From: Gemmatimonadota bacterium
GTDB taxonomy: Bacteria; 4572-55; J002
Assembly: GCA_003697105.1 (NCBI GenBank)
Contig: RFFQ01000057.1
Location: 1-48,309, forward strand
Direction of reading: 5' to 3'
Length of the DNA: 48,309 nt
Shown here: positions 9,143 through 19,354 of the stretch, in pieces
How the letters are laid out: each line of letters begins with the position of its first letter
How positions within the stretch are numbered: the stretch's first letter is position 1
Notes under the pieces: model-generated
Seen by the model: only the letters and a program-made list of their open reading frames with translations
Databases searched by the model: none
Told to the model about the DNA's origin: nothing
Translations under genes and position numbers: made by a program

Positions 9143-10453
9143 ATGCCAAATCCGGTAAAAGGCGTTGCTGAATTTGTCAACAACGTCGCGACAGAAGTTA
9201 AAAATTTTCTACCGTTCACGGGTCCTAAAGGCTCAGAAGAATTAAAACGAGTGACCCACATCATGGATAAATATGCCGCCCATAACTACAAACCACTGCC
9301 GGTCAACATTGTGGAAGGTCAAGGAGTTTGGGTTTGGACGGAACCGGGTCGTCGGGATGAGCATAAATATATGGACTGCCTCGCGGCGTATGGTGCCTTG
9401 AATCAGGGGTACAACCATCCCCGGATCGCCGCGGCGGCATTGCGCCAAATTGCAACGGGTGTTACGGTCACCTCGCGAGCATTTTTGAATAGCCCGATGG
9501 CGGATCTATGTAAACTCCTAACCGATATTACCCAAAAAGACAAAGCATTGCTGATGAACACCGGTGCAGAAGCCGTTGAAACCGCGATCAAACTGGCGCG
9601 GAAGTGGGGATATAAGGTCAAGAAGGTAGCGGATAATCAGGCAAAAATCATTGTGTGCCATAACAATTTTCACGGGCGGACAACGACCATTGTGGGGTTT
9701 TCGTCTGAGGCTCAATATAAAGATGGCTTTGGCCCCTTTACACCCGGCTTTCAGATTATCCCGTATGGGGATATTGAAGCGCTAAAAGCGGCAATCGATG
9801 AAAATACGGTCGCTTTTTTAGTGGAACCCGGACAGGGCGAAGCCGGCATTATCTTTCCGCCGGAAGGTTTCCTAAAAGAAAGTTATGAGGTCTGTAAACA
9901 GAACAACATACTCTTTATGGCTGATGAGATTCAATCCGGTTGGGGACGTACCGGTAAACTGTTTTGTTGTGATTGGGAAAATGTCGTTCCCGATGTGTAT
10001 ATCTTTGCCAAAGCGATGGGGGGTGGCTATCCGGTGAGTGCCGTTGTCGCAGATGATGAGGTGATGCAAGTGATGACCCCGGGCGACCACGGGAGTACTT
10101 TTGGTGGTAACCCCTTCTGCTGTGCTGTCGCCGTCGAGGCAATTCAGGTGATTCTTGATGAACATCTCGCCGACCATGCCAATGAGGTCGGAAACTATTT
10201 TATGGAACGTCTGCGGGAAATCGACAGCCCGTATGTCAAGGAAATCCGGGGTAAGGGGCTTTGGATTGGTATCGAATTGCATGATAATGCCGGCGGAGCA
10301 CGCCGTTTTTGTGAGGCGCTTTACGCAAAGCATCATTTGCTATGCAAAGAGACTCATGAAAATGTGATCCGGATCGCCCCACCGTTGGTGATCACCAAAG
10401 CCGAAGTAGATTGGGCGATAGAAGGCTTTCAGGATGTTCTGACAAATCTTTAG
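9143..10453 (+). CDS. rocD: Ornithine--oxo-acid aminotransferase (class III PLP)
   Basis: AHNYKPLPV; MNTGAEAVETAIKLARKWGY; NFHGRT; ADEIQSGWGRTG; PGDHGSTFGGNP; LCKETHENVIRIAPPL. GGAGG RBS before ATG 9143. Confidence 0.93.
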   Translation: MPNPVKGVAEFVNNVATEVKNFLPFTGPKGSEELKRVTHIMDKYAAHNYKPLPVNIVEGQGVWVWTEPGRRDEHKYMDCLAAYGALNQGYNHPRIAAAALRQIATGVTVTSRAFLNSPMADLCKLLTDITQKDKALLMNTGAEAVETAIKLARKWGYKVKKVADNQAKIIVCHNNFHGRTTTIVGFSSEAQYKDGFGPFTPGFQIIPYGDIEALKAAIDENTVAFLVEPGQGEAGIIFPPEGFLKESYEVCKQNNILFMADEIQSGWGRTGKLFCCDWENVVPDVYIFAKAMGGGYPVSAVVADDEVMQVMTPGDHGSTFGGNPFCCAVAVEAIQVILDEHLADHANEVGNYFMERLREIDSPYVKEIRGKGLWIGIELHDNAGGARRFCEALYAKHHLLCKETHENVIRIAPPLVITKAEVDWAIEGFQDVLTNL

Positions 10454-10459
10454 TCACTT

Positions 10460-10495
10460 GCAGAAACCCGGTGTTGCGTCTGGCTGGGTTTCTGC
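10460..10495 (+). terminator. Stem-loop after rocD (possible terminator)
   Basis: GCAGAAACCCGG / CTGGGTTTCTGC; no clear U tract. Confidence 0.5.
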
Positions 10496-10618
10496 GCGTT
10501 ATGTCGCCCACTTGTGTGCAAACCGGCAAGGTTTATATGGCATTGATCTTGTTTTTTATATCTTGGTTCATGGGAATAAATCTCATTTGTTTTTCACTTT
10601 ACAAACAGAGGTTCCATT

Positions 10619-12337
10619 GTGAAACTCGTTTATAAAATGTTGCTTACCATGTTGCTGGTCGCGATCGTTCCGCTCGGCATAGCTGGCTGGCAAATCATCA
10701 AAATCAGTGAAACTTCTAAAGAGACGGAAGTCCTGAATGAGCATAACCAAACCATCCAAGATGTTGTGCGCATGATCGATGAAAATTATGTGGGAAGTTG
10801 GATCAACCAGATTGAGACCATTGCTGCCACGCAAGACATTCATCAGATGACCGATAAGGAACGACAAGCACTGTTTTCGGCATTGGTCATCCAAGACCCG
10901 ACGCTGGATATGCTGATTCTTTATGATGCGCAAGGCAATACAAAGTTTTCGGCGATCAAACAAGAGTTGTTGGCTCAAATTCAGAATGATACCGACTTGA
11001 TTAGTAGTTTTGTCCACTTTCAAAATGAGGATGCCTTACGGGAGGCTGGAGAAGGCAATGTGTTTCTCGGAGAACCATTCATACCGGCATCGCTGGACCA
11101 GATGTATCTAACATTAGGGGTCTCCATTCGTCTTTCGGCGGAGACCTACGGTACTTTGGTGGGTAAAATCTCGCTGGAACGGCTGAAAAACGCGATTGAA
11201 TCCCGCAAAGGAATCGTTTATGTGGTGACTTCCCAAGGGAAACTGGTCGCGCACTCCCAGCAAGATGCGCGGTTGCAAGATGTCCGTCAGGAAGACATGG
11301 TAAAATTGTATCTGAAAGCCCCTCAATCGGGGCAATCGACCCCTTTTATCAGTTCCACCGGAGAACCGATGTTGGGGACTTACATGGCGGCATCTGCGAT
11401 CAACTGGGGCGTTATTGTGGAGCAACCCCACAAAGCCGCTTTTTTTGCCGTGCGGAAGATGCGCCAAAACTTAATGTTTTGGTTGGTACTGGCGGCGCTG
11501 GTTTCGGGTTTGGGTGCGATCTTGACGGCGGCACGAATCAGCCGCCCGATCACCAAAGTCGCGAAAGGTGCGGATGAAATCGCGAAAGGCAATTATGATT
11601 TTCAGATTCAAGCTCGACCCCGTAAAGATGAAATTGGCTTATTGACAACGGCTTTCAATCGCATGGCGTATAGTCTGGCGGAAAAAGAGAAAATCAAGGG
11701 TGCGTTTAGCCGTTTTGTACCGCCGTTAGTCGTTAAAGAAATTTTGGAAGATTTGGATAACGTGGAACTCAGCGGTGAACGGCGCAACATCGCCATCATG
11801 TTTGTCGATATTCGGGGATTTACCAAAATGTCGGAAAAACTTGATCCAGAGCAAGTGGTGAATATCCTCAATCGCTTTTTGGATGCGATGGTCAAATGTG
11901 TTTTTGCCTATCAGGGAACACTGGACAAGTTTTTAGGGGATGGATTTATGGCGTTTTGGGGAGCGCCCATTCCCCACGATGATGACCCGTTGCGCGCCGT
12001 GAATGCGGCGGTTGACATGCGGGATAAAATGGCTGAACTCAACGCGGTATTTGAACGGGAAATTGGTGTGAACATCCAAATTGGGGTTGGTATCCATTTT
12101 GGCGATGCCATTGTCGGAAATACCGGTTCCGATATCCGGATGGAATATACCGCTATCGGTGACACCGTCAATACCGGTTCGCGATTGTGTAGTGCCGCTA
12201 AGCCCCAAGAGATTTTAGTGAGCCGTCCCGTTTATGAGGCGACTCACGATCAATTTCAGTACGAAATTCACGAACCCATTAAGGTCAAAGGCAAAGAAGC
12301 GCCGGTTGAGATTTTTTCCGTGTTGGCAAAAATCTAA
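10619..12337 (+). CDS. Membrane class III adenylate cyclase (TM - Cache-like sensor - TM - HAMP - cyclase)
   Basis: Two TM helices flank a periplasmic domain; HAMP DEIGLLTTAFNRM; FVDIRGFT; LDKFLGDG (Lys = ATP specificity); YTAIGDTVNTGSRL. Confidence 0.92.
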   Translation: MKLVYKMLLTMLLVAIVPLGIAGWQIIKISETSKETEVLNEHNQTIQDVVRMIDENYVGSWINQIETIAATQDIHQMTDKERQALFSALVIQDPTLDMLILYDAQGNTKFSAIKQELLAQIQNDTDLISSFVHFQNEDALREAGEGNVFLGEPFIPASLDQMYLTLGVSIRLSAETYGTLVGKISLERLKNAIESRKGIVYVVTSQGKLVAHSQQDARLQDVRQEDMVKLYLKAPQSGQSTPFISSTGEPMLGTYMAASAINWGVIVEQPHKAAFFAVRKMRQNLMFWLVLAALVSGLGAILTAARISRPITKVAKGADEIAKGNYDFQIQARPRKDEIGLLTTAFNRMAYSLAEKEKIKGAFSRFVPPLVVKEILEDLDNVELSGERRNIAIMFVDIRGFTKMSEKLDPEQVVNILNRFLDAMVKCVFAYQGTLDKFLGDGFMAFWGAPIPHDDDPLRAVNAAVDMRDKMAELNAVFEREIGVNIQIGVGIHFGDAIVGNTGSDIRMEYTAIGDTVNTGSRLCSAAKPQEILVSRPVYEATHDQFQYEIHEPIKVKGKEAPVEIFSVLAKI

Positions 12338-12386
12338 ATTTGATGCCGGATCCGGGGGGTACCGGCGTCAGCATAACGGATTGCGC

Positions 12387-12415
12387 TTGACATGCTCTGA
12401 AGGTTGTGATATAAC
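12387..12415 (+). promoter_or_regulatory. sigma70-type promoter for usp
   Basis: TTGACA-17 nt-TATAAC with extended -10 TG. Confidence 0.65.
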
Positions 12416-12465
12416 AACTTTATAGCTCCCTTTATAACCACATTACCGGTTAGGAGGATTCGATC

Positions 12466-13335
12466 ATGTTAGCGTTTAATCACATTTTGTGTCCCATTGA
12501 TTTTTCGGAAAGTTCATATACCGCACTGAAGTATGCGATTCGATTCGCGAAGAAATTTGACGCTAGAATCTCGCTCCTGAGTGTGGTGGAAGATGTGCCG
12601 GAGTATTTCTCCCGATTGTTTGAAAAAGAGGAAAAACTCTACTCTCGCTTAGATGATTTGGTCAAACAAACGGATTGGGAAGGGCTAGACCTCCCCCATA
12701 CTGCCGTGACCGACGGTAGCCCATTTATTAAAATTATTCAGCACGCCCGCGACATCAATGCCGATTTGATTATTATTGGTGCTCACGGGCACGAAGGTCA
12801 ATTTAAAGATGTTATTATCGGTAGCACGGCTGAAAAGGTGATTCGTAAATCGCCTTGCCCGGTTCTCACCGTTCATGATAATGCCGCCGGTAGTGACATG
12901 ATCCAGCGTGTCTTGTATCCGGTTGATTTATCCTCTACGTCTAAATCAATAGCGGCTGATGTTGCATTTATTGCCGAGACGTATAGCGCCAGAGTCCATA
13001 TTTTGCATGTGTTGCACCACCCCACCGCGATGCTCAATGAAGATTTGATCCAAGGTATCCGGCGGGAAGCCTCCCGTGAGATGGAACTCTTTTTGAGTGA
13101 TCCTGTCTGGAAAAATGTGAAACTCGAACCGGAAATTTGCAAAGGATTGCCTTCGGCAATGATTTTAGACGTTGCGACCTCTAAAAAAGCAGATTTGATT
13201 ATCATGACGACTCATGGACGGGGTATTGTGCCCCATTTGCTCATTGGAAGTACTGCCGAACGAGTGGCGCGTCATGCACCCTGTTCTGTATTGACTATTC
13301 GACCGGAGGATGCCGTTGAATTTGTTTTGCCGTAG
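12466..13335 (+). CDS. Tandem-domain universal stress protein
   Basis: ILCPIDFS; two copies of DLII(I/M)xxHG...GSTAE(K/R)VxRxxPCxVLT; AGGAGG RBS. Confidence 0.93.
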   Translation: MLAFNHILCPIDFSESSYTALKYAIRFAKKFDARISLLSVVEDVPEYFSRLFEKEEKLYSRLDDLVKQTDWEGLDLPHTAVTDGSPFIKIIQHARDINADLIIIGAHGHEGQFKDVIIGSTAEKVIRKSPCPVLTVHDNAAGSDMIQRVLYPVDLSSTSKSIAADVAFIAETYSARVHILHVLHHPTAMLNEDLIQGIRREASREMELFLSDPVWKNVKLEPEICKGLPSAMILDVATSKKADLIIMTTHGRGIVPHLLIGSTAERVARHAPCSVLTIRPEDAVEFVLP

Positions 13336-13432
13336 CCCGCAAATTTTGTGTTGACAATTTTAAGGACGTGTTTTAGCTATCCACACTCAAGTTCTTATCT
13401 CAACAACTTTCAGTTACAGGAGGAGTTTTCCC

Positions 13433-14248
13433 ATGCAATGTCGTATCCTCGCGAGTCTTTTCATCGTGAGTTTTCTGTTGGTGGTTGTCTCTACAGCACA
13501 TGCCGACTCCTATGAAGAGCAGATGATGTGGTACCGCACCGGCCAGCAATATCAGCAAGGCAAACAATATTATGGGTTGAAAAAATACGATCAGGCTATT
13601 CCGTATTTGGAATTAGCAATTGATATCGCCGATAGTTTGCCCCATCCCAACGAGATGCAGCAGAAATTTAAAATTCAAGCCCGGCAAGAATTAGCACATT
13701 GCTACCAAGAAACGGGTAAATTTGATCTGGCGGCAAAACTGTTTGGTGAAGCCGTTCAGCTTGAAAACCCGCCAAATATCGATCATTATTTTAATGTGGT
13801 CGTGGCGTATCGCAAAGCCGGCGATGCGGATAAAATGTTGAAATTTGCTGATGAAGTGCTGAAAATGGATTCCACCTATACGCGAGCGATATTGGCGAAA
13901 GGTGAAGCATACGAAATGAAAAAAGACATCCGTAAAGCGATGGGTTATTACCGCAAAGTATATGACATGGGTGATAAAGAAGGTCTGGTGCGCCTCGAAA
14001 ATATGGGCACGGAATTCCATAATAAAAAAGATTGGGCGAACTCCGAAATGGTGCACCGGTACATTCTGGAAATCGACCCGGAAAATACCGCCGCGATTGC
14101 CAAAATCGGTGCTGCCTATGCCGAACAGGAGGATTATGATATGGCGTATGAGTATCTGGTAAAGGTGAAAGATGCTAAAGGCAAATGGGGAAAATATGCG
14201 AAAGATTTGATCAAACAAATCGATAAAGCGCGGGCAGCCGCCGAGTAA
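13433..14248 (+). CDS. Exported tetratricopeptide-repeat protein
   Basis: Signal peptide ending AHA; several TPR-like helical repeats; AGGAGGAG RBS. Confidence 0.8.
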   Translation: MQCRILASLFIVSFLLVVVSTAHADSYEEQMMWYRTGQQYQQGKQYYGLKKYDQAIPYLELAIDIADSLPHPNEMQQKFKIQARQELAHCYQETGKFDLAAKLFGEAVQLENPPNIDHYFNVVVAYRKAGDADKMLKFADEVLKMDSTYTRAILAKGEAYEMKKDIRKAMGYYRKVYDMGDKEGLVRLENMGTEFHNKKDWANSEMVHRYILEIDPENTAAIAKIGAAYAEQEDYDMAYEYLVKVKDAKGKWGKYAKDLIKQIDKARAAAE

Positions 14249-14278
14249 TCATTGGATGATTCTGTCCTAAAAAAGGGC

Positions 14279-14307
14279 TTGACAATTCAATGAAAATCGG
14301 ATAAAGT
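14279..14307 (+). promoter_or_regulatory. sigma70-type promoter
   Basis: TTGACA-17 nt-TAAAGT upstream of 14387. Confidence 0.65.
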
Positions 14308-14386
14308 GAGATGTGCATTTAGCAAGCCATCTCACTTATTTTTTAACCCTTTTTTTAGTTCACCTTTAAGTTGAAAGGAGTAAAGA

Positions 14387-16072
14387 ATGAACAGATTCTT
14401 TATTTCGTTTAGTCTTCTTGTTGTTATGGTTTTTGCTCTGGCGGCACCGAGCCAAGCTGCCGATACGCCCCAAAGTGACCTCCAAACCGCGACCATCGGC
14501 GTGATTTTTACAGATGATTTTGAAAACGGTGGGGATAATTGGGTTTTAGAACCTACGTGGGGTATTGTAGAAGTATCCGGTCCTGACGGAATGACGAATG
14601 CCTTGCATGAAAGCCCCGATGGCAACTATGGTGATGGGCTGTATATTCTTGCTCATACGGCTAATTCCTTCGATTTTAGTGAAGGTGGCGGAGCGATGAT
14701 GCGCTTTGATACGCGCTATGATATTGAAGAAGGTTGGGATTATTGCTATGTGGTTGCCTCGACCGACGGTGAAAACTGGGAAATTTTGAGCGAATATACC
14801 GGTAACCAAGCAGATTGGACCACGGAAGAAGCCGATTTGGGTTACTTCGCCGGTGAAGAACAGGTTTGGGTTGGATTCCTTTTTGAATCCGATTCGAATA
14901 CCAATGAAAATGGTATTTACATTGATAATGTTCAGATTGAAACCTTTATGGAAGATACAACTCCTCCATTTATCTCCTATACACCCCCCTATTCCAGTAC
15001 GGATGATATTCCGGCTGAGTATGTTGCAACGGCTATCATTACGGATTTTTCTGGAGTTGCCTCTGCCACACTGTATTACTCTGTTGATGGGGGCGATAAT
15101 ATCGCCGTTGAAGCGGTAGTTTCGGGTGATGAATATACCTTCGAAATTCCGGCAGTTGAACATGGTGCAGAAGTTATGTATTATATCGAAGCTGAAGATA
15201 CGGAAGGTAACATGGCTTCTACAGGAATGTACAGCTACTATTCTGGTTACTTGTTGTATTATCATACTCCACCGGCAGAGTATTATATTACCGGGTGGTT
15301 TACCGGCAGTACCATTGCCAAGCGGTTTACTCCGGTGCCGGAGGTTCCAGAACATAATGTTGTACAGATTAAGCGCGTATTTTTGTCCCTCTACCATAGT
15401 GTTGGTGGTTACTTGCCGCGTCCGGTGGAACTCCATGTTTGGAGTGATGCAACGGTCGATACGGTGTATGCACCGGGCGACGATATTATGACGCCTTTTA
15501 ATGTTGACCCTGTTGACCCGCCTACAATCTGGACTCCGGTTGATCTTCGGGGTACGGATATTCAAGATTATCCGTCTTCTCAAGATTTCTGGGTCGGTTA
15601 TGAATTCTTATATGATGATGGACCAACACCTTTGGCTGATGCAGAGACGCCCGGTTTGTTTAACCGTGATTATGTCCTTGATTTTGAAACTGGGGACTGG
15701 AATTTGATGAGTCGTGACTATTATCTTCAAGCGATTGTGAGCTATATGGAAGGTAGCAATGTAGAGCCTGAAAACACTAGCATCGCTGTGCCGGCAAAGG
15801 TAGAATTGGGTCAAAACTACCCCAATCCGTTCAACCCGTTTACCAGCATCAAGTATAGTGTTCCGGCGACGGACCATGTTAGCTTGAAGGTGTACAATAG
15901 CAGTGGTCAGTTGGTGAAGGTTCTGGTGGATGGCACCCAAGAAGCCAGTAGCTACACGGTTACGTGGGATGGTACTGATGAACTGGGTAACAGTGTCAAT
16001 AGCGGTGTTTACTTCTATACCTTGGAAACTAACAACACCAGCGAAACCAAGAGCATGGTTCTGTTAAAGTAA
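14387..16072 (+). CDS. Secreted acidic beta-sandwich protein with FlgD-Ig/T9SS-type CTD
   Basis: Signal peptide; jelly-roll motif FDTRYDIEEGWDYCYVVASTDGENW...GIYIDNV; Ig-like ATLYYSVDG...YYIEAED; GQNYPNPFNP...SGVYFY CTD. No catalytic motif recognised. Confidence 0.85.
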   Translation: MNRFFISFSLLVVMVFALAAPSQAADTPQSDLQTATIGVIFTDDFENGGDNWVLEPTWGIVEVSGPDGMTNALHESPDGNYGDGLYILAHTANSFDFSEGGGAMMRFDTRYDIEEGWDYCYVVASTDGENWEILSEYTGNQADWTTEEADLGYFAGEEQVWVGFLFESDSNTNENGIYIDNVQIETFMEDTTPPFISYTPPYSSTDDIPAEYVATAIITDFSGVASATLYYSVDGGDNIAVEAVVSGDEYTFEIPAVEHGAEVMYYIEAEDTEGNMASTGMYSYYSGYLLYYHTPPAEYYITGWFTGSTIAKRFTPVPEVPEHNVVQIKRVFLSLYHSVGGYLPRPVELHVWSDATVDTVYAPGDDIMTPFNVDPVDPPTIWTPVDLRGTDIQDYPSSQDFWVGYEFLYDDGPTPLADAETPGLFNRDYVLDFETGDWNLMSRDYYLQAIVSYMEGSNVEPENTSIAVPAKVELGQNYPNPFNPFTSIKYSVPATDHVSLKVYNSSGQLVKVLVDGTQEASSYTVTWDGTDELGNSVNSGVYFYTLETNNTSETKSMVLLK

Positions 16073-16104
16073 TCTGTGCCAACGCAGTATAGTTGGTGCG
16101 TTTT

Positions 16105-16134
16105 AAGGAGCGGCATAACGCCGCTCCTTTTTTT
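16105..16134 (+). terminator. Intrinsic terminator
   Basis: AAGGAGCGGC-ATAAC-GCCGCTCCTT followed by a T run. Confidence 0.9.
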
Positions 16135-16139
16135 ATTTG

Positions 16140-16168
16140 TTGACACATATCTGAGATTGTCATAACTT
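16140..16168 (+). promoter_or_regulatory. sigma70-type promoter for argS
   Basis: TTGACA-17 nt-TAACTT. Confidence 0.55.
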
Positions 16169-16231
16169 TAACCCGCATATCGCATATTGAATCACCGTTG
16201 GTGCTATATCTGAGTTAAGGAGATTCCCGGA

Positions 16232-18079
16232 ATGCCCCCTCATGTAAATGACATTTCAACCCATCTGAAAACCCATATCCGTCAATGGATTCAGGATGTG
16301 TTTTCCACCGAGTTTACGGATGAAATTAAACTGGATCGACCCCCCAATCCGAAACTTGGAGATTTTGCTGTTGGTTGTTTCCCATTGGCAAAAGTGCTAC
16401 GCCAATCGCCAGTGAATATCGCCCAAAAACTTGCCGCCCACGCCACAAAAACAAACTTGATTGAACATATTCAAGCAACGGGTCCGTACCTCAATATCAC
16501 GCTGAACAAGGAGGAATTTTCCCGAATCCTCTGCCACCACATCCTCAATGAGTCGGAAACCTTTGGCAACTCCTCTTTAGGTTCAGGTCAAATGGTGATG
16601 GTGGAATATTCTGCCCCTAATACCAATAAACCCTTGCATTTGGGTCATGTACGCAACCAGTTACTGGGGATGGCGGTGGCTCGTTTGCTGGAAGCGGTCG
16701 GTTATCGGGTGATTAAAGCCAATTTGGTAAATGACCGCGGTGTGCATATTTGTAAATCGATGCTGGCATACCAACGTTTCGGAAACGGCGAAACCCCCAA
16801 AAGTACCGGTATAAAAGGTGACCATTTTGTAGGACACTATTATGTACGCTATGAACAAGCGCAAAAAGCGGAATTTGAGCAATGGCTTGTCCAACAACAT
16901 GTGGAATGGGATACCCTGGAACCTCATCAAAAAGAGCAGTACGAAGCCCAATTTTTGAAAGAATCCCAATGGTATGCCGCCGCCCTTGATTTGTTACGGA
17001 GATGGGAAGAGGGAGATGCAGAAGTGATTGCACTCTGGCAAAAGATGAATCAGTGGGTTTACGAGGGATTTAATCAAACTTACCAAAAAATGGGATGCGA
17101 ATTTGACACATGGTACTACGAAAGCGATCTCTACAAATCCGGTAAAGAATTGATCTTAAAAGGGTTATCCGAAGGAATTTTCTTTAAAAAAGAGGACGGT
17201 TCGATCTGGGTAGATTTGACAGACCAAAATTTAGATGAAAAAATTCTATTGCGGAGCGACGGAACTTCGGTCTATATCACCCAAGATATCGGTACTGCCG
17301 TTCAAAAATTTAAAGATTATCCCCTCACCAAATCAATTTATGTGGTAGGTTCGGAGCAAAATTACCATTTTCAGGTACTGTTTGCGATTCTGAAAAAGCT
17401 CGGTTATACGTGGGCCGATGAGTGTTATCACCTGAGTTATGGGATGGTATATTTGCCGGAAGGCAAGATGAAATCCCGCGAAGGAAAAGTGGTTGATGCG
17501 GATGATCTCATGGCAGGGATGATCGATCTTGCTAAAATTAGCTTGAAAGAACGGGAAGAAGAGCGCCCAATCCAAGCCGAAGAGTTGGAGACTATCAGTG
17601 AAATTGTGGGATTAGGAGCCATCAAATACCATATTTTGAGCTTTCAACCGGCAAAAGATATTCATTTTGACCCTAATAAATCCATCTCATTTCAGGGCGA
17701 TACGGGACCCTACTTGCAGTATGCTTATGCGCGGATTCGGAGTATTTTCCGTAAGTCGGAGCAAGATAATTATGTATCCCTTACACCGGAGGCAGATTAC
17801 TCCGGGATACATCATCCCAAAGAAATTGAATTGGTACGGAAATTGTTTGACTTTCCAGAAGAAGTCCGTATCGCGGCGGAAACATACAACCCATCCCGTA
17901 TTACCACGTATCTATTTGAGTTAGCAAAAGCTTACAGCCAGTTTTATCATGCCTGCCCCGTGTTGAATGCAGAAAACGATGCCTTAACCCAAGTTCGGAT
18001 GGTGCTGTGCAAAGCCACGGCTGTTACGCTTAAGCGAGGCTTAAAATTGCTGGGTATTGATGCCCCAGAACGAATGTAA
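16232..18079 (+). CDS. argS: Arginine--tRNA ligase
   Basis: VEYSAPNTNKPLHLGHVRN (HIGH motif); GKMKSREG; GDTGPYLQYAYARIRSI; C-terminal LGIDAPERM. Confidence 0.97.
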   Translation: MPPHVNDISTHLKTHIRQWIQDVFSTEFTDEIKLDRPPNPKLGDFAVGCFPLAKVLRQSPVNIAQKLAAHATKTNLIEHIQATGPYLNITLNKEEFSRILCHHILNESETFGNSSLGSGQMVMVEYSAPNTNKPLHLGHVRNQLLGMAVARLLEAVGYRVIKANLVNDRGVHICKSMLAYQRFGNGETPKSTGIKGDHFVGHYYVRYEQAQKAEFEQWLVQQHVEWDTLEPHQKEQYEAQFLKESQWYAAALDLLRRWEEGDAEVIALWQKMNQWVYEGFNQTYQKMGCEFDTWYYESDLYKSGKELILKGLSEGIFFKKEDGSIWVDLTDQNLDEKILLRSDGTSVYITQDIGTAVQKFKDYPLTKSIYVVGSEQNYHFQVLFAILKKLGYTWADECYHLSYGMVYLPEGKMKSREGKVVDADDLMAGMIDLAKISLKEREEERPIQAEELETISEIVGLGAIKYHILSFQPAKDIHFDPNKSISFQGDTGPYLQYAYARIRSIFRKSEQDNYVSLTPEADYSGIHHPKEIELVRKLFDFPEEVRIAAETYNPSRITTYLFELAKAYSQFYHACPVLNAENDALTQVRMVLCKATAVTLKRGLKLLGIDAPERM

Positions 18080-18106
18080 TCTTTTATTTTGGAAGAGGTT
18101 CGCCGT

Positions 18107-19330
18107 ATGCCCGATAATATATTTTATCAAGATTTGCAACGAGGCGGGCAATTACTGGAACAAGATACCGTTCAGTTATATGATCGGATTTCCGGATTGA
18201 CCAATCCGATCATTTTTTATGAGGCTACCCGCGAGACCAGTTTAGAGATTCGGGAGCAAGAAATTGTCGCGAATTGCCACGAATTACTCCAATTTTTGTC
18301 GGAACTGGAATTTAACCTGTTGCTACGCCGTTCGGATTACGATGAATGGGTGATTGAAATTCTGAACATGATTCAAAAGGCATTTACAAGTGCCTTAAAC
18401 ATCCTTTCTCCGGTGGAAATGGCTCTGATTGCGGAACTTAAGGATGCCCAAATTCGGCTCAATGATTACATTGGTAGCCAGAAAACCGCCGAAACGAAAG
18501 TGCTGACAAATGTCATTTCCGAGACGGTTAAGCAAAATATTGGCGATGAGTTTATCAGCCTGAATTTAGATACGTTAGACCTAGAAGCGAACCAATATAT
18601 TCGAGCACCCCGATTTCAGGTGCAGGGTATGGAAATTTCCCTCTTTTTGGAGACAGAAAAGGAGATTGATCGCGTTCCGATCCATGATTATTCCGCAAAT
18701 ATTATTGTGGTGCATATTCTGCAAGTCGTGATTGATTTCCTGCGAGACATGGGGTTCGATGGCAGTAATAACAAGCAGTGTGCCGATTTCCTACAAACGT
18801 ATATGGATGCCCTCACCACACAGACCACCGCTTCTCTGATGGAAAATGAGCTGCTTTTCAACTATGAGGTCGATCATGATCAAGGCGAAATGGTGGAGAT
18901 GCTTTACCAGAAAATTACGATGCATATTTTGGATAAAATCCCGCCCATGCTCTTAAAAGATGATGAGTTCGGGGTTTCGCGTCCGTTCAGCGTCGATGAC
19001 AATCCAATTGTGGAGCTTCAACGTTCGTATAAACGGTACAAAGGGGGGTTAGGTTTGGTGTGCCCTCCGTCATTAAAAGACCGGCGAAATCAAATTTTCC
19101 AACGGGGTACGTCGGTTGTGGTCGGGTTGCCGCGTATCGCCCAAGGGCAAAAAATTTCATTGATTCACTACCATTTTTCGTTGTCACTCTCGCCGGAAGA
19201 ACGGGACTACTTGAAATCCAATAGTGACCGGTGTATTCTGCTGTTGTACAGTGAAGCTGTCACCGATCAACTACGCGCGCTTGAACATGTGCCTCTCAAG
19301 GTATCAGAGGTGGAACTTTATCGATTTTAA
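18107..19330 (+). CDS. Hypothetical cytoplasmic protein
   Basis: Long ORF with GAGG RBS before ATG 18107, tightly packed between argS and ribA; no motif recognised. Confidence 0.75.
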   Translation: MPDNIFYQDLQRGGQLLEQDTVQLYDRISGLTNPIIFYEATRETSLEIREQEIVANCHELLQFLSELEFNLLLRRSDYDEWVIEILNMIQKAFTSALNILSPVEMALIAELKDAQIRLNDYIGSQKTAETKVLTNVISETVKQNIGDEFISLNLDTLDLEANQYIRAPRFQVQGMEISLFLETEKEIDRVPIHDYSANIIVVHILQVVIDFLRDMGFDGSNNKQCADFLQTYMDALTTQTTASLMENELLFNYEVDHDQGEMVEMLYQKITMHILDKIPPMLLKDDEFGVSRPFSVDDNPIVELQRSYKRYKGGLGLVCPPSLKDRRNQIFQRGTSVVVGLPRIAQGQKISLIHYHFSLSLSPEERDYLKSNSDRCILLLYSEAVTDQLRALEHVPLKVSEVELYRF

Positions 19331-19354
19331 TGCACGGTAGAGAGGGTTTGATTG

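Noticed and set aside
13351-13380. sigma70 promoter for the TPR gene
   Set aside because: Perfect TTGACA, but the -10 at 17 nt (TAGCTA) lacks the conserved final T; too weak to list.
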